DNA of 64,000 nucleotides from the human T2T-CHM13v2.0 reference genome, Homo sapiens (GCF_009914755.1 NC_060927.1), one strand, 5' to 3'; counted from the stretch's first letter, positions 1 through 14,461 are shown. Notes: generated by a model from the letters alone, not told the origin. Numbers and translations: made by a program.

Positions 1-1819
1 ACTAACTGAAGTTTTCGATTGTGAAATGGTAATAGAGGAAATAAACAGGATGCTGTCCAAGAGAATTATGGAGAGGATAGGGACCTACCTTAATTAAGAA
101 AGGCCACTCTGGAGAAGTGGCTTGTTCATGGAAACCTACAGAATGAAAGGCTTCAGCCTGGGGAGAGCTGGTATTGGCCCATGGTCCTTGCCCAAGAAAT
201 ACGGCCCTCTCTCCCAGAGCTCCCATTGCTGTGGGAATGAGCCAGTGTATAGACAGTGAGGCCAGGGCATGAGATCCTCATCTCCTGGTGGCAATTTTGT
301 TGCTCTATCATATGCTCAAATCTTAATGAACCATCCTGATAGTTTCTGCAAGGGAGCCATAAGCATGAGGAGTTGTTATTGTTGTGAGGGCTTTTCTTAA
401 TAAGAAATTCTTCATTTTGCCAGACTACAAGATGTTTAGCAACAATTTTTTTTGCGTCTAAGCTGTTGTGGAGTTATAAGAGTGCAAAAAAAAAGCAACT
501 GGTAAATATTTATTTGCTTTTGCACTTGTAAACATTAAAATTCATCTAAAGCTGAGATCTCGTATGTTAAGATACAACTTAGAATAAATTTTCATGTTTT
601 GAATTACTTTCCTCTTAAAGCTGCTATGAACTAATTTTTTGAAGTGGGGGTCTCCTGTGGGTATTGCTCACTTTAGCTGTGACTGGGGGAAAGGTGCAGA
701 GTAGCCTTTTGTGGAACTGAGTGAAGGAAATGTGGGGCCACTTGGGAAGCTGTTTCTGTAAGAACAGTGACATTCCCTCTAGGAATTACTTTGAAAAAGT
801 TGAATTTCTTGCATTTGAAGACGCTGAAGAAACATGTACGGAATGCCCACTGTATAAGAGGCACCAGGCTAGGCTTTGGCAGTAGAACATAGGTAACACA
901 GACTTCTCTTCTCTTGGGGTTTGCATTCTGGTAGGGGAGCTTGAGAATATGCCAGTAAACAAATACATACCCTTAAGTAGCCTTAATTGCTACAGTTGGG
1001 GAGCGGAGGGACAGTGTAGCTCTGAGTGGTCAAGGATGACCTCTGAGCAGAGAGCCAAGTGGTAAGAAGGAGCTAGCCATGCAAAGATCCAGGGAGGGGA
1101 ATTCTGGGCTGCAGGAACAGCAGGTCCAGAGACCCTACAGTGGGGAATTAATTTGGATCAGTTGAGGAGCTATCAGGCCAGTGTGGTTAGACCAGAGGGA
1201 GTGAGGGGGAGAGGAGGGGATGGATTTAGAGATTGATGGAGGTGCTCTGGAAAGGTACTCGTTGACCACGCTGAGGATTTCCTTCTACTAGAAATGAGAA
1301 ACCAGGGTAGATCTTGGCTGCAGTGTTACTTGATTGATTTTTTGAAAGACCTCTCAGGCCTCTGCGTGGAGATGATATAGGAAGGCAGGAATGGATGAAA
1401 GAAGCCCAGTTAGGAGGCAGTGGTAATGGTGGCTTGGACCAGTGTGTTTTCTATGAAGACAGGTGGTGGACTTGGAATTGACTTTCAAGCTTGAGTGTTC
1501 AGCCTCTGGACTATGGGCTCTGGCAAAGTAGCATTCTCAGCCTGCTCCTCTTAAACATTTGTTTGACCACATTCCTGAAAAATGTGGCTGCTGAGAGCTT
1601 AGGCTGGGAGTATTTACAGTTTGAGAGATGGGAGAGAGGCAGGGACTGGGACCGCCCCAGGTAAGTGGAAATGAGTTCTTGCCATTGGAGTCAGGTTCCA
1701 GATTCCAGAGACAGGGGAGAAGAAATGGATGGCAAACTTTGGGGGCTCCCTACTCCAGGTATGAGGTGTGTAGGTCCTCGGCTTCCACCCTACAGAAATC
1801 TGAGAGCATCTACAATCTT

Positions 1820-1960
1820 GGCAGAGTGGCTTTGGGAGTCAGATCAACCCAGTTGGCTCTGTCCCTTATTCACTCAGGGTCCTCAGGTAAGTCTTAGTCC
1901 CGTGTCCTCGTTTGCAAAGTGGAGCTAATGATCATGCTTAATGCCGAAGGTGGTGTGGCT
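1820..1960 (+). mobile_element. MIR fragment
   Basis: Degenerate MIR core: ggagtcaga...ggctctgtcccttatt...tttgcaaagtggagctaatg. Confidence 0.6.
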
Positions 1961-2128
1961 GTGGAGACCCCCTCACTGTCACTGACAAATAGGAGCTGTC
2001 AGCAGCCCAGGTGCCACACAATGATGGTGACTGTGAGGAGGCCCCCCACAGCCCTTTCCTTTGCTATTGTCTGTGGACATTAAAGCTACTGGTCCCCAAG
2101 TAACTGCCATTAAAAATGACCTCCAGAT

Positions 2129-2420
2129 GGCCGAGTGCAGTGGCTCACTCCTGTAGTCCCAGGACTTTGGGAGGCCAAGGAGGGTGGATCGCTTAAATCC
2201 AGAAGTTCATGACCAGCCTGGGCAACATGGTGAAACCCCGTCTCTAGAAAAAATACAACAATTAGCAGGGCACAGCGGCTCATGCCTGTAGTCCAGCCAC
2301 TCGGGAGGCTGAGGTGGGAGATCACTTGAGCCTGGAAGGCAGAGGCTGCAGTGAGAAGATCACACCACTGACAGAGCAAGACTCTGTCTCAAAAAAAAAA
2401 AAAAAAAAAAAAAAAAAGAA
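2129..2420 (+). mobile_element. Alu, J-like, with long poly(A) tail
   Basis: ggccgagtgcagtggctcac start, two arms, ~27-nt A run. Confidence 0.95.
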
Positions 2421-2571
2421 GGACCTCCTCCTGAAACTCAACACTGGTAAATCAGAGCTTTCCCTTATCACCTTCAGCAAAGTGAGAAGGTCCACTTCTG
2501 AAAGCTAAAAAAAACTTCCTTGAAAATTTCAAGCAGTTCAAGTCTGAAAATGGTGGTGATGATTGTTTAAG

Positions 2572-2795
2572 CCAGATATAAGCAAACTTTTTCAGCTAAG
2601 GGCCAGAGAGTAAATGTTTTTCAGTTTTGCAGGCCACAGGTCTCTGCTGCAGCTACTTAATTCTGCCTTGTAGCACAAAAGCCACCATAGACAATACACA
2701 GCTGAGAGGATGTGATAGTATTTCAATTAAAACTTTGTTTGCAGAAACAGGCGATGGGTCTGATATGGTCCACAATCTGTCATTTGCCAACCCCT
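2572..2795 (+). mobile_element. MER58A-like hAT-Charlie MITE
   Basis: gcaaactttt...aagggccagagagtaaat...ctgccttgtagcacaaaagccaccatagacaatac...tttgccaacccctg. Confidence 0.8.
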
Positions 2796-4621
2796 GGTTT
2801 ACACAGAAATCTGCATGTGCCTGTTGATTAGTAAAGGACGTGAGTGACCTGAAGGTAAAACAAGCAAATCCCACATCAGTCAATGATCCTTCAGGTCTTG
2901 CTTCACTTCCATTCACCCTGTCCTTTGCCCTGTCTGCCTCCTCCAGTATGGTATTTATTTTTTAATGAAATCGCCATCATTTTAATGTTAGTGATTTATT
3001 TTAAGGACTTTGTGTGTACATTTGCTTTAAATCTGTTACACATTTATTTTTTCTTCATATTAAGGAAAAACAATTACTTTAATCAATACCTGGTCTCTGA
3101 AAAGAGTGATAATGTGTAAAGTTACACACTGTTATATTTTTATGAGTATCTCCAAACAGCTTGTTTAAATCCCTTTGGTGTTTCATAACATATTTTTAAG
3201 TCCTGTGAGTAGTGGCTTTAATATATTATCTCCCAGGGAAGAAGAAGAAGGGAATCCTTCTATAGAAGAAGTGGCAAACCCAGACACCTACAGAAACCAG
3301 TTAATACTAATGAGAAACAAGGACCAGGTGTTAGACATTAGGGAGTGGTAAGGACTGCAGCAAATTAAAGAGCACATGACTTTTCTAAAGAGGGCCATCT
3401 CACTCAGCTCCAACAGATTACTGCCAGTGAGAATGCCTAGTGAGCCAGAAATCCAGGTTTTTGTGCAGAACCCCCCAACTTTTAAGTAAGCTCAAATTTT
3501 TAAAACAATTTCTGCTTTTTAAAAATGTAGGCCAAACTAAACCCATCCCTGGGCCAGGTAGGAACCGCGGGTGGTCAACCTCTACTGTAGTGTTGATTGC
3601 TAGAGTTGCAACTTCCTGAGAAGCCTTTCAGAAGGCTTGAAGGCCTAGGTGTACTCCCTCCCTTTCACCAGGCTTTTTTCTAGCGTTTCTTTAGTGCAAA
3701 GCCCTCAGCTGGATGTCTGCTACATGGAAATCCAGCATGTGGTCCCATCCTGAGGAGCCACAGCGTGAGCCCAGAAGCCAACTGATGCAATGAAATGTTC
3801 TTGGGGGTACTATGCAGTACAGCATACCCTACAAAAACATTTCAGAGTGGGCATCATCTACAAATTCATCATTTGGTGCTGGGATTTTCCATTTTTGTTT
3901 CCTTAAATTAGGGAAACTCTTTTTTCAGGTTGAATCTTGCTCAGAAACTCAGTATGTGAACACTCATTGCTGAAGGTTTACTGACTGCATCTTCTGGCTC
4001 AGCCCTGAGTCAGGTGCTAAGGGGACATTCCACTTCAGGGGTCGGCATACCACAGCCCGCAGGCCACTTCCATCCCCTGGCCTGCATTTGCATGGCCCAT
4101 GAGCTAAGAATGAACACAATTGGGCAGAGGCTCTGGGCTGCTATTCTGCTTTGAGACAGAGTGGAGGGTGCAAAGCTGCAGCCACTCTGCTCCTTTGGGC
4201 AAACCATGAGGCGCCTCTTTGGAACTCTTAAGCACTAAGGAACTCAACGTGAACACCTTTAATTACAGAAATAATAACAGCGTCACCAGTGAACATTTGT
4301 GCTAGCCCTGCCTATGCAGAAGGCCAGCTGCATATGTCACTGATCCTAGAGTACTCCCATGAATGTCGTACTTTGTTGCTGTCATGCTGGTGAGGGAAGC
4401 GAGGCTCAGATGAAGGAACGTGCCCAGAGCCACACGGCCCATGGCAAGACAGAGCCCAAATATGGGCTCTGACTCTATAGTCCAGGGGGATCTTCCCCAT
4501 GTGATGCTGGCTTTGGCGCCAGTTCCCAGAATGAGCAATGCCAGATGATTTCAGATGCAGTATTAATTAAGTGAATATTTTAATGTGTGCTTTTAAAAAG
4601 AGACTAACTTTCCATTGGTGA

Positions 4622-4839
4622 CAGTGGTTCTCAACCAGAGGGAATTCTGTCCTTCTCCCTAGGAACATTTGGGAGCATCTGGAGACATTTTTAGTTGTCA
4701 TAACTGGCACTGGGGTGCTACTTGGTGTCTCGTGGGTAGAGGCCAGGCCTGTTGCTAAACGTCATATGGCGCACAGGACAGCTCCACAACAGGAACCATC
4801 TGGTCAAAATGTCATTAATGCCAAGGCCGAGAACCCCTG
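4622..4839 (+). mobile_element. MER20 hAT-Charlie DNA transposon
   Basis: Termini cagtggttctcaacc ... gccgagaacccctg; internal tctggagacatttttagttgtcataactgg. Confidence 0.9.
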
Positions 4840-5851
4840 ATTTATAGTATTCATGTAAAGTTTCCTTATTGAAGAAGTTTACTTGAGGACAAATAGAGTA
4901 GTAATTTAAAGACAAAAATAAGTACCAGTACAGGTTCATGCAGATCGGGCAGAAATCATGAATGCAGTACCCAGCTGTCTAGGGATTGGGAGCACTGCAG
5001 CATGCTTTATTTAAAATTAGTTACATCAGGCACTTGTAAGGACTATCAGAAGTACTTTTCAGCCAGTGCTAGTTTTGCTCGTCAGGTTTCTTTCTAGAGA
5101 AATGTTTTCTTTATAATTCTGCCCACCCCCGTCCTGGTCTGTCATCTTCCTGGCATGTCCGTGGGAACAAGCTCAGGGTAGGCCGAAGGGGTTATTCAGC
5201 TGCCAGTATGGTTTAGTTTCTTCTCAGAAAGTATCTGGGTCCTTGGAGTTTCTATTGCCCACTGAACGATCTTTGAATTAAGACACATGGTAAATCTCAT
5301 GGTATGGAAAACCAGACCCCACTAAGAACAATTAGATTTCCGGAGAGGTTGGAGTCAAGAATTCAGGTTGCAGCAGGTGGCATATTTGGTATAAGATTGG
5401 TGTACAACTTCTGTCCGTGACTGATTTCAGAACCACGTACTATTGCAACCAACTGTCAGTGGTGGCCGTCTGATAGGTTAGGGCTTGCCGTCTTTTAGGG
5501 GCTTGGAATTAAATTAGGATTTATCAAATGCCTCCCCACTTTCCCACCACCTAATTGAAATAGAGATGACAGACCATCATTTTGATTGTTTGAGTCTGGT
5601 GAATTAAGCTCTGCATGAAATGGTAAGGGAGCACTTATTCACAGGAACTCTTGGCAGTGATATAAATGGAAACGAATGATGCTCTAATCCTGCCCACACG
5701 AGTTAACACAGAGCCAGTGTCCTGTTGCAAGAGAACATATTTATTTGTAACTGATGAACAATCATTTCTCTGCAGCAGTGGTTTGGGTAACGTCAGGGCT
5801 CCAGAAAAATAAAAGGCCAGTTTTGTGGCCCTGTAAAAACAGCAGCCACCT

Positions 5852-7005
5852 TATCATTTCACACCCGTTAGAATGGCTTCTATCAAAAATATAGAAAATA
5901 AATGTTGGCAGAAATGTGGAAAGAAGGGAACCCTTTGTGCACTGCTAGTGGGAATGTAAAATGTGCAGCCCCTGTGGAAAATAGTATGGTAGTTCCTTAA
6001 AAAAGTGAAACCAGAATTACCATATGATTTAGCAGTTCTACTTCTGGGTATACACTTGACCCTTGAAAAACAGTCTTGAACTGCTTATATCCACTTATAC
6101 ACGAGTTTTCTTCTGTCTCTGCTACCCCTGAGAGAGCAAGACCAACCCCTTTTCATTCTCCCCTCATCAACCTACTGAAAGATGATGAGAATGAAGACCT
6201 TTATGATGACCCACTTCCACTTAATGAATAGTAAATATAAATATGTTTTCTTCCTTAGGATTTTCTTTATAACATTTTTTTCTAGCTTACTTTATTGTAA
6301 GAATATAGCATATAATACAAATAATATACAAATATGTGTTAACTATTTATGTTATTGGTGAGGCTTCCGGTCATCAGTAGGCTATTAGCAGGAAAGCTTT
6401 TGGAGACTCAAAAGTTATACATGAATTTCTGACTATTCAGGGATTAGCACCCCTAATGCCTATGTTGTTGGTGGGTTAACTGTATGCCCAAAGGATTGAA
6501 AGCAGGATCTCAAAGAGGTATTTGTAGACCCATGTTCATGGCAACATTATTGACAATAGCCAAGAGGTGGAAGCAACCCAAGTGTTCATCAATGAGTGAA
6601 TGGATAAACAAAATGTGGCATATAGTACATACAATGAAATAACTGTTTAGCCTGTAAAAGGAACGAAATCCTCTCACATGCTACAACATGGATGAACCCT
6701 GAGGACATTATGCTAAGTGCAATGAGCCAGTCACAAAAAGACAAGTAATACATGATTCCACCTATATCTAGCATAGTCAAACTCAAAGAAACAAAGTAGA
6801 ATGGTGGTTGCCAGAGGCTGATGAAAGGGGAAATGGGGAGTTGTTTAATGGATATAGAGTTTCTGTTTTGCAAGATGAAAAAGTTCTGGAGATCAGTTGC
6901 GCATCAGTTGCACAACAATGTGAATAACTAAACATCACTGAATGGGACACTTAGAAATGGTTAAGATGGTAAATTTTGTGTTATGTGTTTTTCCACTATT
7001 TTTTT
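5852..7005 (+). mobile_element. L1M (L1MB-like) 3' fragment, interrupted by a Tigger element
   Basis: catttcacacccgttagaatggc, gtggaagcaacccaagtgt, atggatgaaccctgaggacattatgctaagtg and cttagaaatggttaagatggtaaatttt are typical of L1MB 3' ends. Confidence 0.9.
6053..6482 (+). mobile_element. Tigger2a/MER28-like TcMar DNA transposon
   Basis: Termini cacttgacccttgaa ... gggttaactg, flanked by TA on both sides; internal gaagacctttatgatgacccacttccacttaatgaatagtaaat. Confidence 0.88.
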
Positions 7006-8776
7006 TTAAAGCAGCCACCTTAATTCACAGATGTGGGAGGTTTTTAATGAGTGGTATGGCTCAGAACAAATATGTTGAAATTCCCCACGATGGAAATAGG
7101 CTATAAATTTATAAGTATGCATATCGTCCTTCTCTTTATCTTCCTTGCAAATTAAAGAATCTTGCTCTTCCCTACTCCTGATAGAGGCCTCTTGGATCCA
7201 AGCTAGTTTTAGTCTTGACACCAGAGCGGTTCTTGTCCTGTAGCAGAAGTTGAGCCCTTCCTGGAGGGTAGGAGGCATTTCAGATGGGTCCATCTGATGT
7301 ATTGCTGCCGGTAGCATTTATAGTACATTGTACTCCGTTTTTATTTGCTTCTACTGGGATGAGAGCCAAGCCAGTAAAAGGCAAACAGCATTAATTCAGT
7401 GATGACATATGCCACTGAAAACTGTTTTTCTTTTCTTTTTTTTTTTTAATTTTTTTTTAAAAAGCAGAATGGAGGCACTTTACTCAGATTCTGCTGGGTG
7501 CTGAAATAAAGACGGAGAGAAAGAAAGGCTGTACGGAGAGAAAGAACGGCTGTGGGGAGGTTGTTAACCTTACCTTCCTCCTGCATACGCTCAGAGAGGG
7601 TTCGTTAGCATTTTGCTCCAAGTTTCATGGGGAAGACATTTCAGGAGCAGGCTCATTCTTTGAGTCTGGGCTCTAACTGGCCTCACATCACCCTCTGAGT
7701 AGCTGTTCACCTGCACATTACATCCACTGGGGGAGTACTGGGTATCAGTTGATACTCCTTTCCTCATTGTCATCTTTTCTACACACAGATCCAAATGTGC
7801 TGAGGAGAATGGACTATGTTATATGGGCAGAGCAACAGCATGGTTAGTTTCTAATTGGCCTAAAAATAAAATCTCTTCAAAAATAAACAGAATTGGAGAA
7901 AGCTGCTTTGTACAGAAAGAGCCTCTTCTCTTGAGCCAGGTTATTGGTATCAGGATCATGGTGAGTTTATTAAACCATGATTTTTACTTTCGTTTTTGAG
8001 GCCTTTTCAAAAGACCCGAGTTAGTGTTGTTCTGCAGACTCATTGGGTCAGAGTGCCATCTTGCAAACTGAAACCAGGCTGGCCAGAGTGAGCTTGCAGT
8101 GGGAGTTGGGAGTGAGGAAAGCTGGTCTGGTGTGACATTAGGGAGTAGTGACGACTGTGGCAAACCAGTGAGACGCACCCTGTCTGAAGGGAGTGTGCCG
8201 CTTGGTTCCAACTGATGTGTGCCACGTGGGAATTCAGGCTTTTGTTGCCAACCTTGAACATTTCTAGTGGAAGCTACCATTGCTGATTTTTATCTGAATT
8301 CCTTTGCTTATTAAATGTTGGTAGCTATGTCACAATTAAAAAATAACTACTTGGAAGGGGTGTCAAACCAGGGTTGCCAGTTCATAACCCAAGTCAGGCA
8401 GGAATTGAAGGGCTAGTCCTGCTGGGAAAACTACATCATCTGGATGAACCAGAGATGGAGGTGAGGAGGAGCTCTGTTAACCCAGAGGTCCTGTCCTTAT
8501 CTTGGTGTCACAATTTGGGCATCATGGAGGGAAGCAAACCCCCAGTAACTGGGCAGCTCAGTTCTGCTGGACCCTTCAGGAGGCAGCTAGGTTACCAGCA
8601 AAGCTCCGAGTGAAAGTGTGCTGCTCCTGACAGAGGGGAGCATCTAGTGTTACTAAACTGTCAGAATTGTTGTTTGGCTCCATTGAAGGAAAGAAAAGAA
8701 TGAACATTTCTTGGGCACCTCCTCTGTGTCAGGCACTGTGCTTGGTACCTGACTGATCCAGAGCAGCTTCATAAGC

Positions 8777-8935
8777 AGGCAGCCTGTGCACTCACACAGG
8801 CCCTGTGCTCAGAAGGGCCTATGCTTGCTTTCATACTGTCTCATACTCTACTGTCACCTTCTCAAAACTCTTTAATAACTTTCGAATGGGCCCCATGATT
8901 TCATTTTGCATTTGGTCCTATAAGTTACATAGCCA
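8777..8935 (+). mobile_element. MER91-like hAT element within MIR sequence (~8700-9135)
   Basis: cacagggccctgtgctcagaagggcc ... gggccccatgatttcattttgcatttggtcc...tacatagcc. Confidence 0.6.
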
Positions 8936-9304
8936 TAACTTACATAGTCTGTTTTCACACGGACGATCTTTTTTCATCCTCAGGACTCCCCGAGAGGTGA
9001 GTGTTACCATTTGTCTCCCTTTGATACAGGAGTGAACAGACACTCAGAGATGGGCATTTACCCAAAGCCACACAGCTGGAAAGGCCTAAGTCAAAATTTG
9101 TACTCAGGTCTGCCTGAGTCTGGGGTGCAGAATTGCCCATCTTGTGGCACGCTGCAGCTGTTGTACCGAAAGGCCTACAGCATGTTCTGGTCTCTGGAGG
9201 CCTAGGCATGGGGAAGTTTAGCCTCATGGATTGTCGGTGTCTGAGGGCATATAATGATATGGGTGTATACTCAGGGCCACATTTTGTGTGTTGTAGTAGT
9301 CCTA

Positions 9305-9530
<226 letters not shown>

Positions 9531-9839
9531 GCAGTATGATACAGTCTAGTCTCAGGGCAAACTGAGATTCTAGCTCTTTACCAGCAATCTCATCATAGGC
9601 AGCCCTTTGTGCTGATACTCAGCACATCTGAAGTTCTGTATGACTGCCACTTACACACTCAGATGTTACAGAGAGGAGTCAGATTCAGCAAACACCCGGT
9701 GAGTGCTCACCATCTCCTGCTGCTGTGTGAGGGTGCTGAGGAAGAGAGTGGTGGTGATGATAAGTAATGATGCTGTTGCTAGGATGGTGGCGGGTGATGG
9801 TGTTGCCGAAGCTGGGGTGGTGGTGATGACAATAATCAC

Positions 9840-10360
9840 AATAGTTAACATTAACCAGGTGCCAGGCAACATTCTAAGTGTTTTGTATGCATTAACTCAT
9901 TTAATCTTCATCCCACCACAATGCCGTATGCAATATTATTACTTCCATTTACAGAGGAGGAGACTGAGGCACAACGAGGTTAGGTTAGTTGCCCAAAGTT
10001 GCAAAGCTAGTAGGAGGCAGAGCTTTGTAACTGTTCTTCCATACACAGACGGAAATCAGCCCTGCCTTTGGGGACCTAGAGTAACAAAAGAGCGATTATA
10101 ATTGAGTATGATGTGTGCAGTAAGAGCAACACAAGATGATGATAGTGGTGGTGGTACTTGTCATTTGCTTGATGCCAGGCACACTTCTAGGTGCTTACAT
10201 GCACCTTCTCATTGAATTCCCCAACAGTCCTATGAAGTAGGCTCTTTTCATCCCATTTGATAGATGAAGAACTCCAGGCCCAAACTGGTTTAAGTTATTG
10301 GTTAAAAGTCACACAGAAAATGGCCAAGCCAGGATTTGAACCTATAATCTCTGCTCTGCC
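9840..10360 (-). mobile_element. Two MIR fragments
   Basis: catttacagaggaggagactgaggcac and cccatttgatagatgaagaactccaggcc...aggatttgaaccta. Confidence 0.75.
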
Positions 10361-11414
10361 CTTAAGAGATAGTACAAACTGGCGGCTTCGGGAAGCCTCA
10401 CAGAGAAGGCAGCATTTGAACCAGGACTGAAGGATCAATAAGATGAATTCTGGCATCAGGAAAGGAAAGGCACTCCCTGCAGTAGGAATGGGAGGGGCAA
10501 AGGCAGAGAGGCGGGACCATGGCTCAGCATGGTCACTGATTAGGTGAGTGTGGCTGGAACCGTGACAGGGAACAGCAGGAGATGATGCTGGGTTGGGGAT
10601 GGAAGGCTCTGCTCCTGAAGAGCCTTGCTTTCCCCACTCAGGGGTATCCTGAGGGCTATGAGGAGCTACTTAGGAAAGTGACAGGAGCAGATTTGACTTG
10701 GTCACCTGGAGATGGAATCCAATTCCAGGTTCCTGGCACCAGGAAGACAAAGCAGTATTGTGAATTTGAAAATGAAATCAACTTTATCATGCCCCACATG
10801 AAAATTCAGTCGCTCTTATTTTTGCTTGGCTTTTATGTAAAAGACCCAAGCCAATGAAACTGCCTGCCATTAGTCAAGGTCAGAGTGAAACTTGTCAGAA
10901 AAACTTCCTTAGGTCTCTCACTGACACTACAAGTTATTGCCAACCTGAGAGCTCCTCCACAGAAATTACCATTTGGAGACTGTCCACAGTGGGATTTCAG
11001 ATAGGCTCCAACCCCCTACGGGAACCCCCCCCCCCCGCCAATTATTACACACTTTCACCAAATGTTAGAGGGAGAAATGACTCCATTGTGGAAATCAAGT
11101 TTGAGCCCAGCTCTGACCTGGGCTGTGACTCAAGAGCCTTGTCTTCAGGACCTTCATTCTCTCTCTATGCTGGTGGTTCTCACTTTTTCTGGGGCCTGAA
11201 CCTCTCTGAGAATCTAATGAAAACTGAACACTCACCCTGTAGAGGAGGAGAGGGGGACAGACATTATCACCAACACAGAGATGCCCCTGTGGCTTGAGGG
11301 ACGATATAATGTGCCACTGATCCACACAACCAGATGGTCACTCCCTAACCCCTTCCCAAGGCCGAGAAATTCTGGAGTGGTCACTTTTCACTGGTTTTAG
11401 AATGGCTGAAATAT

Positions 11415-11749
<335 letters not shown>

Positions 11750-14328
11750 TTAGGGATATAAGTGTGAGGGACTATTTTGGCCAAGAGTTCCTTTCTGTGG
11801 TTCGGGATGAATAGGACATGGAGTTTGCATTCTTTGTAGCAGCACAGGCAAGAATCCTGTTCTGTAAGGAGTGAGGAGAGGAATAAGACACTGAGAGTCC
11901 CTCCTGTACCCAAGGGCTTCACAGAGTGGATACTGATTTTAACTGAACATGTGGCCTATAGCGTCAACCCTCCCAACATTGTTTTCCATTAACAGGACAT
12001 CCAGGTCTTTGAGATTCCCCCCCCTCCCCCACCAGCCAGATAATTGCCTGGCTGGGCCACCCCCTTCTGGGACCCCACAAAATTATTCTTATTTGCAACT
12101 CTGGTTCCTCTGGCCAGCCACCAGAGCTCTGCTATAAAAGCATTATGTTGATGGAGAGAAGGCATGCCTGATCTTTGTCTGCTTTGGCTTAAAACCCTGC
12201 AGTAGTTTCTACTGCTCTTACGACTAAATTCAGTTTCTTTATTTCAGCCTAAAAGGCCCTGGCTTCATCTGCCTTCCAATTCCCCATCTGGGTCCTCCTC
12301 CCTCTCATTCTTGAACTCCCACTGATTTGATGGTCTCCGTGCAGAACACCCTTCTTCCCCAACTCTCTGTTTGGCTAACTCCCCTTCATCCTTCAACACT
12401 TGCCTTCGTTGGGGAGCTCATGGAGACCTGGGCTTGGAGAGCTATTCCCCTATGGCCCCCTGTGCTTCCCCTGGTGCCACATTCATTGCATTCTAATTAA
12501 TTGTTGTTGTGCCTGCCTCTCCCCATTTAAAAGATTCCTCCCCATGGGTACAGCAGTGCTACTATCTGATGTACTGATGTGTCCCCATCCCCTCGCACCA
12601 GGCCTGTGCACAGTAGGGGCTTGGTAAGAATCTCTCCTATCTAATGAAAAAATGGAGCAGGGAGTTAGGAAAATGGGCAGGCACAGCTAGGAAGGCACTT
12701 TATAAATGGCAAAGTGCTCTGTGGAGGTTTTTAATCAGAGTGTGCTGCACCTACTTGACTCTGTCTTCTTACCTGTGAGCAGGGGATACATCAGGTCCTG
12801 TCTGCGTCACAGGCCTGTGCCTGAAACAAAGGAGGTGGTCAACATCAAATGCATTAGAGGAAATCCAGTGAAACGCATCGTAACACACTTCTTCCTGACT
12901 CGGGAGTCTTGCCTCTTTAAAAATCTGCTCCCATAGCCAATTCTTTCTTCCCTACTCAGCCTACCTTCTCTCACCTGGAAACTCAACCTGATTAGCTCTG
13001 CATTTAGTCCATCCTGCAGAGGGACACTCCGGGCTGGCTGAACGCTGGCCTCGTTTTTGCAGTGCAGGAGGAATCCTTGCTGGGCTCAAGTCAGCCTGCA
13101 GCCAATGTTAGATTTTTTTAAGGGGCTTCTCCCTGTGATCACAGGCAACCTTTGCTTTTTCACTGCTTGCCTCTGTGCACCTGTGCTCTTCCCAGCCCCA
13201 GCACCCCAACCAGGGCTTCATTTGGGCCACCTGGCATGTTCCGGGCATCTTCTTCACAGTGGAAGGGAAGATAGGATCTTCTGCTGAGGCTCCTGGGGAC
13301 TTCTGAAGACATTCAGGGCCTGGAGAGGTGGAGGAAGGAGCTGCCTGGTTAACAGGTATTGGCCGACCAGAGAGAATCCTAAACTATTTGGCAAGCTTTC
13401 CCTGCTAACCTTTAGATTGTGGCTGCTGGTTACAGACGTGCTCTGGGAATAGGGTGTGGTATGGCTTCCTGTCTTGGGAAAGAAAATAGGAGCTTTTGGA
13501 AGGATCTGGGGTAGGTGATAGGATCAAAGGACAAACTGGAGAAGCATATTTTAGGAAAAACAGGATCTCTGGGGATCTGGGTGGTAGGAGCCCACGGACA
13601 GAAGCACCTAGGTGCTCCTGCTGGGATGTGCTGTTGCTCAGTCTTAGAGTCGGTGGTTGAGATTCTAGGGCAAGATGTCATTGTCCTGGCTTGAGTGCTA
13701 AATCGTTGACCAGAGCAGGGAGCCCCACACTCCGATGATTGTCCCACCATGACTGTGTCTGTTAGGGAAAGGTGGTTTCCCAAAGCAGAATTGGGGTGTA
13801 GTTGTTACTACAGGAAAGAGTAAGGGATGCTGAGCAGCAAAGAATAGATGGCCATCGTAGTCACAGCCAGTTCTCCTAGTTATCCTAGTGAAACCCATCA
13901 TGCCAGCCCTCTTGCCCTTGCCCTAGAGAACCTGAGAGGCTCTTGGACAGCCATTCCACCCTTGCTTCTTTGAGACTTCAGCACATGTCCTCAGCACATT
14001 CAAAGGCTCTTCTGGGTCGGTCATGTTCTTGGGGTAAGGCTGGAATGTCTATGTCTTCTGTACAGCTGTCTAAAAACACCTTCAACTGTATCTGTAAATC
14101 CATATAACTGCCAATTACAGAATGCAGCCCATAGAAGAGGCCCTGTGTGGGTTGGGATGGGGCAGGAAATGGTGAGGGCTGCGGATTGCCCCTCCTGTCA
14201 TGGGGCAGCTCAGAGCAAATGGCCCAGTTCGCCAGAAACCACACAAAACTGGAACAGAACTCTGCATCAATTCTGGCTCCCACCTCCACTAACCTCTGTC
14301 CTCTAACTGGGATGATTTCTCTTGGCAG

Positions 14329-14461
14329 CGGAAAAAAACACCTCTGGAATGATAAGCCGCCCTGCTCCAGGGAGGATGGAGTGGATCATCCCTCTGATTG
14401 TGGTATCAGCCTTGACCTTCGTGTGCCTCATCCTTCTCATTGCTGTGCTCGTTTACTGGAG
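14329..14461 (+). CDS. PTPRG: PTPRG coding exon (about exon 13): stalk and transmembrane helix, (A)[43 protein letters not shown](R)
   Basis: Acceptor ...tttctcttggcag, donor AG|gtaagc; 133 nt, phase 1 to phase 2. The translation has a ~25-aa hydrophobic helix and matches the PTPRG sequence as I recall it. Confidence 0.97.

Noticed and set aside
7512-7553. 21-bp tandem duplication, and similar short ones at ~20842 and ~21081
   Set aside because: Two-copy slippage duplications without spacer structure; not CRISPR-like and with no evident function.
10582-11297. Two consecutive ORFs (91 and 147 aa) with an operon-like ATGA overlap; the first has a signal-peptide-like start
   Set aside because: The first ORF begins in degenerate L2-like sequence and the second crosses a poly-C run. 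Neither has a recognisable domain or promoter context. Consistent with chance in a human intron.
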